From: an uncultured Solirubrobacterales bacterium
Lineage (GTDB): Bacteria > Actinomycetota > Thermoleophilia > Solirubrobacterales > Solirubrobacteraceae
Direction: 5' to 3'
DNA: 64,000 nucleotides
NCBI GenBank assembly: GCA_963811135.1
Contig: CAWEQG010000011.1
Location: 33,110-97,109, forward strand
Shown here piece after piece: positions 19,815 through 30,117 of the stretch. Under the pieces are notes generated by a model. That model was not told where the DNA came from. It was given only the letters and a program-made list of their open reading frames with translations, and made no database searches. Position numbers and translations under genes: made by a program. Position 1 is the stretch's first letter, and every line of letters starts with the position of its first letter.

Positions 19815-20829
19815 TTAGGCGCCCTCCACCGCGGACGATAACGGGCTCTCCAGCTCGTCGACCATGTCGGCGAGCGATGCCACGATCCGAGACGCTCGGA
19901 ATGGGAAGCGCTCGACCTCCTCCGTCGCATACCGCTGCAACGCGTTCACGATGGTGGCGTTCTCGGCGGGATCGTCCATGGGGAGCGTGGCGAGGTGGAT
20001 CCGCCGCCGCGCGTCTTCGGGCAGTTGCTTCCAGAGCGAAAGGGCGTCCTGCAACACCTGCATGCCCTCGGGGTCATCTGCGACAGCCGACACGGCCGGT
20101 CCGGCATAGACGAGGTGCGCGCCGGTCCTCTCCGGGACGTGCTCGGCAAATCCCCCGAATCACGCCCGGCGGATCCTTGAGCGTGTCCCAGCGCGAGACC
20201 TGGAGCACGACCGGGACGTCCGCGGGCACCGCACCCGTCCCGAATAGCTCGGCGCAGCGATCGACGCGGCTTGGCGTCTCGTCGTGCCGAACGTAGGCGG
20301 CGGGGCCGGCGTCGGCATCGCGCTTGACCGCGATCACCGCAGCGGCATGCAGCACGCCGACGACCGAGTCGGGGTCGAGCTCTCGGTTCTTGGGCGAGAA
20401 GACGTCGATGGTGGGCGGGATGACGGCAATCCGCTCGCTGGCGAGCCCCTCCCACGCGAATGATTCGCGAGAAAACACATACACGTCGGCGGGCGAAACG
20501 TAGGGGAGCAGGAATCGCCAGGCTTCCCTGGCGAGATCGTTCGGATGGTCAAGCCCCACGTGACAGCGCCAGATCACTACCGCACCGGCGTCACGCAGCG
20601 CCGCGACCAGCCCGGCCGGCTGAGGGTCGTGCACGATTGCCACATCAAGTGAGCTCAGAAGCTCCGCCACGCCACCGCCGCGCGCGGTCGAGTTCACGTT
20701 CCACACGACGCGGCCGGACAGCAGCCTTCGTCCCTCCTCGATGGCGCGCTCGAATGCCGCCCAGCGCTCAGGCGCGAGCACGGTCCGAAACCGATCGGGA
20801 CTCATCGAAGAGACCTGAACCTCGAACAT
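19815..20829 (-). pseudogene. TreT-like GT4 glycosyltransferase relic, with its 3' end replaced by a HAD-hydrolase tail
   Basis: The N-terminus (..VVWNVNSTARGGGVAELLSSL|DVAIVHDPQPAGLVAALRDAGAVVIWRCHVGLDHPND..) shows an internal deletion. There is a frameshift near 20090 (LQVSRWDTLKDPPGVI.. continues as ..SAVADDPEGMQVL..LPMDDPAENATIVNALQRYAT in another frame). The last roughly 35 codons (EEVERFPFRASRIVASLADMVDELE) match the end of the HAD gene at 31485-31600. Confidence 0.7.
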
Positions 20830-20935
20830 GTCTGCTCGTCACGGTAGGCCGCCCGGACCACGCCACCAGATGAATTTCACGATGCGATTCGCCTGGCCTT
20901 GGTTTGGCGCAAGCGCGGCTTATCGCACCAACTGT

Positions 20936-21589
20936 ATGTTCGAGGTGAGCTCGCGGCCGGTCGACGTGTCGGTGACGATTCGGCCATCCATGCCGGTCTA
21001 CGCCGGCGACCCCGGCGTGGCGATCGAGCTCGCGAAGGCGATCGAGCGCGGCGATCCCGCCAACGTGTCGCGCCTCGAGCTTGGAGCCCACACCGGAACC
21101 CACGTCGATGCGCCACGACATTTCATCCCTGATGGTGAGGGGGCGAGCGAGCTCGCTCTCGAGCCGTTCATCGGGCCCTGCGTGGTGGTCGAGGCCGGGA
21201 CCGGCGCGGGCCGACTCGACCGGCCCGTCATCGATGCGCTGGAGCTGCCGCTGGGCGCTGAGCGAGTCCTGCTCAAGACGCCGAACTCGGCCCTTTGGGA
21301 GCATGACGAATTCGTCCCCGAGTTCGTTCGCCTGAGCTCCGACGGAGCCAGCGCGCTGATCGAGCGGGGGGTGCACACCGTCGGCATCGACTACCTCTCG
21401 ATCGGCGATCCAGGTGCGCACTTGCAGCTGCTGAGCCGGGGCGTCGGGGTGATCGAAGGACTCGACCTGCGCGGCGTCGATCCCGGCGAGTACTTCCTGG
21501 CGTGCCTACCGCTGAAGCTCGCCGGCAGCGATGGCGCTCCCGCGCGAGCGTTGTTGTGGCCGCGGCATCGCGGGAGTAGGAGTTCGTGA
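20936..21589 (+). CDS. Cyclase-family protein (kynurenine formamidase-like)
   Basis: ..LELGAHTGTHVDAPRHF.. and ..VHTVGIDYLSIGD.. are cyclase/arylformamidase signatures. The ATG at 20936 was chosen as the start. Confidence 0.8.
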   Translation: MFEVSSRPVDVSVTIRPSMPVYAGDPGVAIELAKAIERGDPANVSRLELGAHTGTHVDAPRHFIPDGEGASELALEPFIGPCVVVEAGTGAGRLDRPVIDALELPLGAERVLLKTPNSALWEHDEFVPEFVRLSSDGASALIERGVHTVGIDYLSIGDPGAHLQLLSRGVGVIEGLDLRGVDPGEYFLACLPLKLAGSDGAPARALLWPRHRGSRSS

Positions 21590-21857
21590 GATGACGGCCA
21601 CCGGAGCACTTCAGCTGATCGGGCAGGCTGAGGAGGAGATGAAGGCACTCCTCCTCTGATCGCGCCGACGTTTCTCGTGCGGGATGGCGAGAAGCGCCGC
21701 CTCCTCCCCGACAAGCCCCTCGATCCTCTGATCTGAATAGGCCGCTGCGCGAGGCGTCAAGTCACGCCAGGCGCGGCTCCGGCCTCGGCCCGATCGAGGT
21801 GACGTGGCGCCAGTTGAGGTACGCGATGGCCTCACGAACTGCCCGGTGCTCTCGCGC

Positions 21858-22160
21858 TCAGAGCACGTCCAGCGGCCGCGGTCCGATCGGCGGCGGAAAC
21901 GCCTCATCGAGTTTGATCATGTCGATCTCGCGGAGGTGCAGGTCGAGCGCCGCGCGATTCTGCCGGACGTGCTTGACCGTTCCGGTCCAGACCACGAGGA
22001 CCAGGGCGCGGCGCTCCGCGAGCATGCGAGCCGCGGCTCCGAGCGCATGCTCGGCGGCGGACGAACGGTCGTAGGCGAAGACGACCGGGCCCGACTGCCG
22101 AGGCTCCGCGAGCTCCTCTGAACCCTGGGGGCTGATGGCGGAGGTGATGATTGTGCGCAT
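21858..22160 (-). CDS. Hypothetical protein, possibly a truncated universal-stress-protein-like fold
   Basis: Only ..PVVFAYDRSSAAEHALGAAARMLAERRALVLVVW.. resembles a USP N-terminal half. The C-terminal ATP-binding motif is absent. Confidence 0.3.
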   Translation of the reverse strand: MRTIITSAISPQGSEELAEPRQSGPVVFAYDRSSAAEHALGAAARMLAERRALVLVVWTGTVKHVRQNRAALDLHLREIDMIKLDEAFPPPIGPRPLDVL

Positions 22161-22291
22161 AGGTCCCCGCACCGGACGGTCAAGGTTGGAGCTGGAGCCA
22201 GACGCGCGCTTGAACGTGCGCAGCGTCGGCCTAACACCTGGTAGGGCGGTGCAACGCGCCTCTCGTGGCGGCCGGAGGAGGTCCACCGAAC

Positions 22292-22927
22292 ATGAAGATC
22301 ACGATCATCGGGACCGGCAACATGGCGCGGGCGATCACGACGCGCGCCCTTGCGGGCGGTCATGAGGTCGATCTCGTCGGTAGCTATCTGAGCAAGGCGC
22401 GCGAGCTTGCCGACGAGCTGATCGGCGAAGGCTCGGTCGACGCCACCGAACAGCTCGCCGGCGAGATCGTCGTGCTGGCAGTCCCGTACACGGAAGCGCC
22501 GCATGTGGTACGCGAATACTCCGACCAGCTCGCCGGCAGGACGATCGTCGACCCCACGAATCCGGTTGATTTCAGCGTCATCGAGCCGCTCGACAAGGCA
22601 TGGATCGGAGACTTCGGCTCCGGTGGGCAGCTGATCGCCGCAGAGGCACCGGACGACGCCGGGTTTGTCAAGGCGTTCAATACGAACTTCGCCGGCCCCC
22701 TGCTGGCCGGACAGGTGGACGGGGAACCGCTCGATGTGTTTCTCGCCGGCGACAACGAGGAGCACAAGGCGAAGGTCATGCGGCTGGTCTGCGACGGAGG
22801 GATGCGATCGATCGACGCCGGACGCTTGGCTCGTGCTCGTGAGCTGGAGGCGATGGCGCTGCTCCACATGGAGATTCAGGGATCGCACGGCACTCGATTC
22901 GCCTCAGCGATCAAGGTCAAGCCCTGA
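22292..22927 (+). CDS. NADPH-dependent F420 reductase-like oxidoreductase
   Basis: MKITIIGTGNMARAITTRALAGGHEV.. Rossmann N-terminus and overall NpdG-like layout. GGAGGAGG RBS. Confidence 0.75.
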   Translation: MKITIIGTGNMARAITTRALAGGHEVDLVGSYLSKARELADELIGEGSVDATEQLAGEIVVLAVPYTEAPHVVREYSDQLAGRTIVDPTNPVDFSVIEPLDKAWIGDFGSGGQLIAAEAPDDAGFVKAFNTNFAGPLLAGQVDGEPLDVFLAGDNEEHKAKVMRLVCDGGMRSIDAGRLARARELEAMALLHMEIQGSHGTRFASAIKVKP

Positions 22928-23149
22928 ATCCGTCGACCCGAGCTTCCCGCCTCGCGGCTAAAGGATGCTGCGGCGACCGCCCCCGAAGAGACCCACCGAG
23001 GCCCGAAGGATTCGCGACAGCAAGGATGGTGATGATCGAACCTAAACTGATGTAGGAACGCCGAGGCCGCCGTCGGCACCCAAGGCGTCCTGCGCGCTTT
23101 TGCTTCGAGTGGCTTGTCGCGCGACCGCCGGGGCCTAACCGGAGAGGTG

Positions 23150-23518
23150 ATGACAATCACCACGCAGGAGATCCCACGTCAGGCGTGGCGCTCGTACTTC
23201 GATGAGTTGACCGACGTGCTCGGCACCGTCGAGGCGACGGTCGAAGTCGTCGGGCGCGACCTGGGCGACCAGTTCGCGGACGAGCGGCAGATCCTGACCG
23301 ACATCACCTACGACGATCGCGACGACGTGATCATCGTGGGCCTCGAAGCTCCAGACTCCGACGTGGAGCGGATCGAGCATGTGATCGAGCAGCCGCAGCG
23401 GGTTCTCGTCGCGACGGGTGAGCCCCCGCCGCTCGAGGTCACGTTCGACATCGAGGATGGGGAGCAGCATCAGTGGCTCATCCATCTCGAGCGCCCGCCC
23501 GCGCTGCCTGCCGGATAG
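23150..23518 (+). CDS. Conserved hypothetical protein (recalled as DUF5335-like; tentative)
   Basis: 122-aa acidic ORF with GGAGAGG upstream. The family assignment is from memory only. Confidence 0.5.
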   Translation: MTITTQEIPRQAWRSYFDELTDVLGTVEATVEVVGRDLGDQFADERQILTDITYDDRDDVIIVGLEAPDSDVERIEHVIEQPQRVLVATGEPPPLEVTFDIEDGEQHQWLIHLERPPALPAG

Positions 23519-23609
23519 GCGTCCAGCCCGGTGCCCGCGCCACCGAACGCCGGCGCCGGGCTGACCGGCCCGAGGAAGGCGCATTGCCCGGACCAACGAA
23601 CGGCCTATC

Positions 23610-24431
23610 TTGAGCGAAGTGAGCGCTGATCGGGCAACGGTGGCGGTCGAGGTCCACTCGCCCGCCGATCTTCCGCGAAGCGAGAGGCGCGAGATCCTCG
23701 AGCGCTTCGAGCGGCTCGCGCGCTACACCGACGACCCGATCGAAGGGGTGCGCATCACGCTCCGCCGCCCCGAGACGAGGGCCGCGCGCCTGCGGTGGGT
23801 GGCCGACGCATCGCTGGTGCTGAACGGCAGGCGATTAGCTTCGCACGCCACCGGCAGCAGCGCGCCGCAGGCGGCGAAGGAGGCCGCCGATCGCCTCAAC
23901 CGGCAGATGCGCCGCGTCGCGGATGCCCCGGTGGCGCTCCGTAACGATCGGCGGGCGATCAAGGGCGCGCTCGCGCACCTCGCGCACGAACGTAGGCACC
24001 GGCCGAGACCGAGCCTCAAGCGGCCGGACCTGCGCGACATCATCCCGCTGCGCACCCCGTATCCGCTTCCGGAGTCGACCCTCGACGCCGTGGCGGACCT
24101 GCTCGACCTGGACCTCGAGTTCCTGCTCTTTCGTCACGCCCGGACGAGAGAGGACGTTGTGGTGCACCGGCGCGATGACGGGCGGATCGGCTTGCTCCAC
24201 CCGCCCGGCAGCCCGCTCTCCGACGAGAACGACATCGTCGTCCCAGAGCCGAGCCGCTACGAACAGCCGATCCCGCTCTCGAAGGCGCGGGACGAGATGG
24301 ACGTGCTGGGCCACCGCTTCCTCTACTTCATCGACGCGGTCGACGGACGGGGAAAGGTGCTCTACCTGCGCCACGACGGCGACTACGGCCTCGTGGAACT
24401 CCCGCCGGCCGGCGCCGAACGTGCGGCCTGA
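23610..24431 (+). CDS. Long HPF/RaiA-family ribosome hibernation factor, Rv0079-like
   Basis: 273 aa. The C-terminal segment ..IVVPEPSRYEQPIPLSKARDEMDVLGHRFLYFIDAVDGRGKVLYLRHDGDYGLVE matches the S30EA/HPF C-terminal dimerisation domain. TTG start. Confidence 0.7.
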   Translation: MSEVSADRATVAVEVHSPADLPRSERREILERFERLARYTDDPIEGVRITLRRPETRAARLRWVADASLVLNGRRLASHATGSSAPQAAKEAADRLNRQMRRVADAPVALRNDRRAIKGALAHLAHERRHRPRPSLKRPDLRDIIPLRTPYPLPESTLDAVADLLDLDLEFLLFRHARTREDVVVHRRDDGRIGLLHPPGSPLSDENDIVVPEPSRYEQPIPLSKARDEMDVLGHRFLYFIDAVDGRGKVLYLRHDGDYGLVELPPAGAERAA

Positions 24432-25136
24432 CCATCATCGGCTGCGCGGGTACCCGCGGATTTCGGTATCCCGTAGCGGAGGGCAAACGCGAGGGCTTGG
24501 AGCCGGGAGTGCGGTCGGGCAGACACGGAGCCTCGGACGCCCATGTCTATCGGTCAGCGGCGCGGTCTTGTTGATCACCGCGGCCGCTCCGCTCTCGATC
24601 GCGTCGTGCCCGCGAGGCCGTCGGCCGTGTTGCGACGCGGTTCATGCGTGCCCATCGGCGCTCGCTGCTCACCGTCCTGGCGCTGGGTTCGCTTGGTTTG
24701 AAGGCCGATGTGGTCGCCCGCCGAATGACGAGTTTCGAAACCCTGCTCTACTGCGTCTACATGGGCGCGTTGGTGATATTCGGGATGGGGCTGCCAGCGG
24801 TCTGTTCCCGGGGCCTGCGCCGCTTACTCTGACGGCGTTACCCGCCGCACTCGCTGCCGTGGTGATCGGTCTGGTGGCAGGACGAGGCTCACGCGCTGCC
24901 GCGATCGGACTCAGGTCGATCCCTGTATCTCACCTGCTCGCGGGCACTGTCGGCGATCGTGTCTGGTCCGGGGCGGGCGGACTGACTCGCGACTGCCTGG
25001 GGATGCACGTCGCCATTGTGCTCGCGAGGCGCAGCGGGTTGGGTTGCCGTGGTGGAGGCCTATTCGCACAGCTACAAGGTGGCACGACCAGGTTCGTCGT
25101 GCCCGACTGCATATCGATCGAGAGAGCGAGGCCAAT

Positions 25137-25706
25137 ATGTCCACGCAGACGACCGGCGTCCGCACCACGCCCATCGTTCCGCCCGGTACCTGGATGGTCG
25201 ATCCGGCACATTCGAACGTGGAGTTCGCTGTCAAGCACATGGGAATCGCCACGGTACGGGGCAGGTTCACAGAGTTCGAGGGGACGCTGGAGGTTGGGAC
25301 CGACCTCGCCAGCTCCAAGGTGTTCGGCAAAGTCAATGCCGCGTCGATCACGACCAATGACGAGCAGCGGGATGCTCACCTGCGTTCGCCGGACTTCTTC
25401 GACGTCGAGCGCTACGGTGAGATCACATTCGCGTCGAGTCGCATCGAGGGGGTCGATCAAGAGTCATCGCTCGTCTTCGGGGACCTCACGATTCACGGCG
25501 TCACGCGCGAGGTAAAGCTCGAGGTCGTGGTCTCGGGTGTCGATGAGGATCCTTGGGGCAACACGCGGGTTGGACTGGAAGCGGTCGGCGTGATCAAGCG
25601 CTCGGACTTCGACATGAGGTTCAATCAGGCGCTTGGATCGGGGAACATGCTGGTCGGCGACAAGGTGACCATCTCGCTCGACATCTCGGCGGTGAAACAA
25701 ACGTAG
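25137..25706 (+). CDS. YceI-family polyisoprenoid-binding protein
   Basis: ..WMVDPAHSNVEFAVKHMGIATVRGRFTEFEGTL...DAHLRSPDFFDVERYGEITF...GDLTIHGVTREV.. is the canonical YceI pattern. Confidence 0.85.
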   Translation: MSTQTTGVRTTPIVPPGTWMVDPAHSNVEFAVKHMGIATVRGRFTEFEGTLEVGTDLASSKVFGKVNAASITTNDEQRDAHLRSPDFFDVERYGEITFASSRIEGVDQESSLVFGDLTIHGVTREVKLEVVVSGVDEDPWGNTRVGLEAVGVIKRSDFDMRFNQALGSGNMLVGDKVTISLDISAVKQT

Positions 25707-25737
25707 ATCTGGAGCGTCCGTTAGGTGCCCTGACGGA

Positions 25738-26031
25738 TCAGGTACGGCGCGTCAACCAGTCGAAGGCTCGGCGCAGGCGCGCCTCGAGGCCGCCCTGCTG
25801 TTCGCGAATCTCCGCGACCTGTGCGGCATCTGCGTACAGGTGGCGGCCCGGAAGCGGATGGGTGTGAATGATCAGGCCTTCGAAGATGTTTCCCTCCGCC
25901 ATCACGTGCTCGACCACGCCAATACGGGTGCCGTTGCGGTCGTACACCGGGGTGCCGTCCTTCAGGGCGAGGTATGCGACCGGAGGGCCGAGCTCTTCTG
26001 ATGAAGGCCGTTGGCGTGCGGGCGCCGGCAT
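25738..26031 (-). CDS. PRC-barrel-like domain protein
   Basis: 97-aa ORF with ..LKDGTPVYDRNGTRIGVVEHVMAEGNIFEGLII.. resembling a PRC barrel. Confidence 0.45.
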   Translation of the reverse strand: MPAPARQRPSSEELGPPVAYLALKDGTPVYDRNGTRIGVVEHVMAEGNIFEGLIIHTHPLPGRHLYADAAQVAEIREQQGGLEARLRRAFDWLTRRT

Positions 26032-26160
26032 TGCTTGTGTGCAGCTAGGACGTTTGCTGCGACGGGCAAGACGGATTGAGGCCTAGCCGCGCCATCACAA
26101 CCTAGGCGGCCCGCGCTGCCGCCGTCGGATTTGGTCAGAGCCCCAGAGCCGAAGCCGATC

Positions 26161-26382
26161 TCACTCCTCACCCTCGCCGCGACTTGCGGCGAGGTTGACA
26201 CCCAGCGCCGTCGCAAGCGGGTCCGCGGCGCTCACCATTTTGAACACGCCCACGTTTGGCCCGATGCCGGTCAACACGCCGGTGATCTCGTCAACCGAGG
26301 CCCCGGCGTCCAGTGCCGCCGTGACGTGCAGGAGATACGAGGAGTCGTCACCGCCGGTGGCGATCACCGCCGCGATGTTCAC
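26161..26382 (-). pseudogene. Carboxymuconolactone-decarboxylase (AhpD-like) family, C-terminal fragment
   Basis: ..AAVIATGGDDSSYLLHVTAALDAGASVDEITGVLTGIGPNVG.. is only the last helix pair of a CMD domain. Confidence 0.45.
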
Positions 26383-26561
26383 CAGCGCGAGTGTCCCGGC
26401 GGCGCCGATCCGTATACGCCGCTGACGATCTCACGGTCCGTGCCGCAGACGCCCATCGCGAGCGCCTCCACAAGCAGCTCATTGTCGCGGCGCTCGGGCT
26501 CCTCGAGCCCGGCGAGCCCGGCCCGACCCGGGACGCCGGCGGTGACGGCGATTGCGACCAT
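26379..26561 (-). pseudogene. Zn-dependent (MDR) alcohol/glucose dehydrogenase, N-terminal approximately 57-aa fragment
   Basis: MVAIAVTAGVPGRAGLAGLEEPERRDNELLVEALAMGVCGTDREIVSGVYGSAPPG then breaks off and abuts the CMD fragment. Confidence 0.5.
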
Positions 26562-26645
26562 GCTACGGAGTTACGCCGCTGGGCCGGCGAGTCAATCCGG
26601 CGCGCCATTCATTTTCCGTTCGGGACAGCGAGCGCGTGAGCGGAT

Positions 26646-27737
26646 CTAGTCGCCGGCCAGGACGCTCGCCGCCACGAGCGCCTCACCGTACATGCGATCC
26701 GCCAGTAGGGTCTGGCGGATTCCTTCCTCGATGACCTCGTCCTCATCTGGCCACGCGCCGAGCGCGGTCCAGCACTGCTCGTGTCGGGCTTCGGCGCGAG
26801 CGCACACGTGCAATCCGCCGGTTCGGCGCTCGAACGAGAGCGACCGTCCGGACGACATCTCGACGGCCAGCGACAAGTCCGAGACGGCGCGACGAGCATC
26901 GTTGCTGAGCTCGATTCGCACCGCGCGGTCGTCGGCGCCGACCATGCCGCTGAGGCCTGCTGCGTGGGCTTGGAGGGGGCGCAGCGACCAGCCTAGTCGC
27001 GAGCCGAGCCACCCCACGAGCAGCAGGGCCGGCACGGCCGACGCCGGATGATGCAGGACTCTCATGACGTCGATCGCGCGCAACTCCGCCCGCAGCGGCG
27101 GCGGGTCGAACGCAGCTGCTACCCGTCTGCGCCACGGGGAGACGCGCACCCATGCGAGCTCGACCACGCCGACCTTCTTGTGGATCTCCCGCGCGAAGGC
27201 GAGCGCTGCGCGTGCGTCGGGTTCACCCATCGAGTCGAGCAGAACGACGTCCGCGACCGGCAGCAGGCACGGCAGCGCGTCCTGCCCGTCATCGCATGCC
27301 CACAGCACCGTGGGTAGGTCGCGCACCAGCAGCGGGTCCACGATCGTCTCGATGTCGCGGAGATGCCGCTGGCCGATTGTCAGGACCACGGTTTCTCGCA
27401 GGAACCCGAACTCGCCGGGGCCGGGATGCACATCGCAGGCGATCTCGGCCACGGCGTCGATCGTGGACCGTCCGGGAGAGATGCCCAGAACGATCGTGCG
27501 TGAGACCGCGCGGCGGCCCATCCGATTCAGTCGGCCCAGGGCCGCGTGCTCGCGCCCCGCCGGAGCGGTGGATATCACGTTGATGTATCGCGCCGGAATC
27601 GAGCAGTGGCGCTCGCGGAAACGCTCGGCGAGCATCGATCGCAGCGCGGCCTCAACTGCATGGGCCGTGGTGTCCCGCGCGGTCCAGATGCTGACGCCGT
27701 CAGGGTCCACGGCTCGATCAGATACGACGCCACTCAT
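26646..27737 (-). CDS. opcA: OpcA-like glucose-6-phosphate dehydrogenase assembly protein
   Basis: 363-aa ORF starting at the ATG at 27737. It overlaps the zwf stop by 20 nt, the usual zwf-opcA arrangement. Sequence similarity is judged only loosely. Confidence 0.65.
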   Translation of the reverse strand: MSGVVSDRAVDPDGVSIWTARDTTAHAVEAALRSMLAERFRERHCSIPARYINVISTAPAGREHAALGRLNRMGRRAVSRTIVLGISPGRSTIDAVAEIACDVHPGPGEFGFLRETVVLTIGQRHLRDIETIVDPLLVRDLPTVLWACDDGQDALPCLLPVADVVLLDSMGEPDARAALAFAREIHKKVGVVELAWVRVSPWRRRVAAAFDPPPLRAELRAIDVMRVLHHPASAVPALLLVGWLGSRLGWSLRPLQAHAAGLSGMVGADDRAVRIELSNDARRAVSDLSLAVEMSSGRSLSFERRTGGLHVCARAEARHEQCWTALGAWPDEDEVIEEGIRQTLLADRMYGEALVAASVLAGD

Positions 27738-29253
27738 GCCCTGGCAGAAGGATCGATGCGGCCTCGGGCGGTCCCTGCGACTCGGCCGGATACGTCGGCA
27801 GCGGACCCGGCATCGCTGCCCATGCCCGCAGGATCGGATCGCAGATCCGCCACTGCTCCTCGATCTCGTCGTTGCGAGTGAACAGCGTGGGGTCGCCGAC
27901 CATCGCATCGAGCAACAGCCGCTCGTATGCCTCCGGCGACTGCGAGGGAAACGCTGCGCCGTACAGGAAGTCCATGTTCACCGGGCGCACGCGCATGCGC
28001 GTTCCGGGCACCTTCACCCCCAGCGAGAGCGCGACCCCCTCGTCGGGCTGGATCGTGAGGATCAGCTGGTTGGGACGCCCCCCGATTCGATCGCCGCCGG
28101 GGAAGAGCGGATGGGGTGCCGGCCGGAAGCCGACGACGATCTCGGTGAGCTTCCGCGCGAGGCGCTTGCCGGTGCGCAGGTAGAAGGGCACGCCGGCCCA
28201 TCGCCAGGTGTCCACCTCCAGGCGCAGTGCGGCGAAGGTCTCAGTCCTCGAATCCGGCGGAACCCCCGGCTCCTCGAGATAGCTCGGGATCCGCTCGCCG
28301 CCCACGACCCGCCCCACGTACTGCGCGCGGACGGCCATGCTGGAAACGTCTCGGACGGAGGGCGTGTCGATCGCACGTAGGATCTTTGCCTTCTCGTCGC
28401 GCACCTCATCGGCGGTGAAGTCGATCGGAGGCTCCATCCCGACATGGCAGAGGAGCTGGAGCAGGTGATTCTGGATGAGGTCGCGCAGGGCGCCGGCCTG
28501 GTCGTAGTAGTCCGCGCGTGATCCCACCCCGTCGTCCTCGGCCGCAGTGATCTGGACATAGTCGATGTGGTTGCGACTCCACAGCGGCTCGAAAATGCCG
28601 TTGGCGAACCTCAGGGTGAGCAGGTTCTGCACGGTTTCCTTGCCGAGGTAGTGGTCGATCCGGAAGACGGCTGACTCCGGGAACACCGCGAGTACCTGCC
28701 GGTTGAGCTGCCGCGCCTCGGCCAGCGAGCTGCCAAACGGCTTCTCGATCACCACCCGGGTGGCCGCGCCCTCGCAATGTGACAGGCCATGCTGTCCCAG
28801 CTGCGCGATGATGAGCCCGAAGAAGCGGGGTGCTGTGGACAGGTAGAAACAGCGGTTCAAGGGATCGCCGCCGGCCTCGTCGAGTCGCGAGAGAGTGCCC
28901 CTCAGCGACGTGTAGACGGCTTCGTCGTCGAACCCTCCCGACATGTAGCGCGCGTCCTCGAGCAGCTGCGCAAGCACGTCCTCGTTCGGGGGACGCCGGG
29001 AGAACTGGCGCACCGCATCGGCGGCCAGGCTGCGGAACTCCTCGTCTTCCATGCTGCTACGCGCGATTCCAACCAGGGCGAACCGAGTCGGAAGCAACCC
29101 GTCGTGGGCGAGGTTGTAGATCGCGGGGAGGAGCTTTCGCCTGGCGAGGTCTCCGGTGGCGCCGAAGATGACCAGGCTGGTGGCGTGCAGTGGCGGCGGC
29201 TCGAGGCCCTCGGCCAGCGGGTTCTCGGTGGCGAGTGCCTCGGCGACGCTCAT
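27718..29253 (-). CDS. zwf: Glucose-6-phosphate 1-dehydrogenase
   Basis: ..LVIFGATGDLARRKLLPAIYNL.., ..RIDHYLGKETVQN.. and ..LRFANGIFEPLW.. are diagnostic G6PD motifs. Confidence 0.95.
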   Translation of the reverse strand: MSVAEALATENPLAEGLEPPPLHATSLVIFGATGDLARRKLLPAIYNLAHDGLLPTRFALVGIARSSMEDEEFRSLAADAVRQFSRRPPNEDVLAQLLEDARYMSGGFDDEAVYTSLRGTLSRLDEAGGDPLNRCFYLSTAPRFFGLIIAQLGQHGLSHCEGAATRVVIEKPFGSSLAEARQLNRQVLAVFPESAVFRIDHYLGKETVQNLLTLRFANGIFEPLWSRNHIDYVQITAAEDDGVGSRADYYDQAGALRDLIQNHLLQLLCHVGMEPPIDFTADEVRDEKAKILRAIDTPSVRDVSSMAVRAQYVGRVVGGERIPSYLEEPGVPPDSRTETFAALRLEVDTWRWAGVPFYLRTGKRLARKLTEIVVGFRPAPHPLFPGGDRIGGRPNQLILTIQPDEGVALSLGVKVPGTRMRVRPVNMDFLYGAAFPSQSPEAYERLLLDAMVGDPTLFTRNDEIEEQWRICDPILRAWAAMPGPLPTYPAESQGPPEAASILLPGHEWRRI

Positions 29254-29345
29254 CGGTCACTCCCGGCCTTAGGCCGCGCTGAGGCGGCGGCAAGTGAGGT
29301 GCCGCCTTGTGTGCGCCGGCGCGCGGCCTAGGAGCCAGCCGACAG

Positions 29346-29690
29346 ATGGACGCTCGCGCGCGGAAACCGGTCGGCACCCCGGTCGCCGAGTCGCTGGCGC
29401 ACGCCGAATTTCACGCGCGCGTTGGCGTGAGCGGGCTCGGTTCGACCGTGGTCCGATCCGGATACGAGGCCGGGGGGCCCTTCTGGGATTGCGTCGTCAC
29501 CGACGGCCGCGAGTGGCACTACATCCGAGTGCTAGGGCCTGATCTCGGTCCATTCCCTCCGCTTTCGACCGAGGACATCGAGTCAGGGATCGACCGGTTT
29601 GCCGCGACCTTGCCTTCTGCGGTCCGGCTTCGCGCTCTCCTGAATGCCAATCCTCTGCACATCGATCGGAACGGCGAGATCAGCGACTGA
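29346..29690 (+). CDS. Conserved hypothetical 114-aa protein (paralog of 38512-38856)
   Basis: ATG at 29346, divergent from zwf. 76/114 residues are identical to the second copy by manual alignment (core FWDCVVTDGREWHYIRVLGPD..IDRFAATLP..RLRALLNANPLH). No known family recognised. Confidence 0.6.
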   Translation: MDARARKPVGTPVAESLAHAEFHARVGVSGLGSTVVRSGYEAGGPFWDCVVTDGREWHYIRVLGPDLGPFPPLSTEDIESGIDRFAATLPSAVRLRALLNANPLHIDRNGEISD

Positions 29691-29721
29691 CCCGGGGGAC
29701 CTCGCTGGACGCGTCGGTGGC

Positions 29722-29850
29722 CGATGAGGAGCCGTGGTGGCGATAGGCGCCACCAGCGCCACTCCCTCGAGACTGTCGGCTCCCTCGATCTCGTTGGCCA
29801 GGTCGACGAGGCGCCGGTGGATAGGTCGTCGATGATCCGCCGGCGGGTGC
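29722..29850 (-). pseudogene. Relic of the 372-aa membrane-protein gene (paralog of 38873-39991)
   Basis: Encodes ..RRLVDLANEIEGADSLEGVALV.., matching ..RRLVQLASEVEGADALEGVALL.., fused to about 20 nt resembling the gene's 3' end. The whole transmembrane region is deleted. Confidence 0.5.
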
Positions 29851-29865
29851 GGCGCGCGCCAGGGC

Positions 29866-30080
29866 GATGACCCGGTGTACGGTGCTCGCCTGCTGCGCCG
29901 GGTCATCCAGCGCGAGGTGGAGACACGGATCGCACGTGCGCGCGCCGCCGGTGAGCTCGCCGAGGGGTCACGGTCATCGTCGACGTGGTGGGCGACACGC
30001 TCGAGGTGCGGTGGCGGACCGATACGGGACAGCCGAGCGCGGAGGCGCCGGGATCGGAGCGGGAACCGGCGGCCGTGTGA
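29866..30080 (+). pseudogene. clpB 3'-terminal fragment
   Basis: ..[27 protein letters not shown].. then, after a frameshift, ..VIVDVVGDTLEVRWRTD...* parallels ClpB residues ..[50 protein letters not shown].. (17880-18087). Confidence 0.7.
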
Positions 30081-30117
30081 GTGCTGGCCGGGTCCGCGTC
30101 GGCGCGGACTGCCGAGG

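Noticed and set aside
22928-23609. DosR-box-like palindromes upstream of the DUF5335-like and HPF-like genes (also checked at 3106-3398)
   Set aside because: Only isolated GGGAC or GTCCC half-sites were found. No 20-bp palindrome close to the consensus was seen.
23923-25515. 530-aa forward ORF spanning the HPF gene end, an intergenic region and the YceI gene
   Set aside because: It is out of frame with two well-supported genes, and its translation is Arg/Ser/Pro-rich. Parts of 24430-25130 may hide a decayed membrane-protein gene, but I could not support a call.
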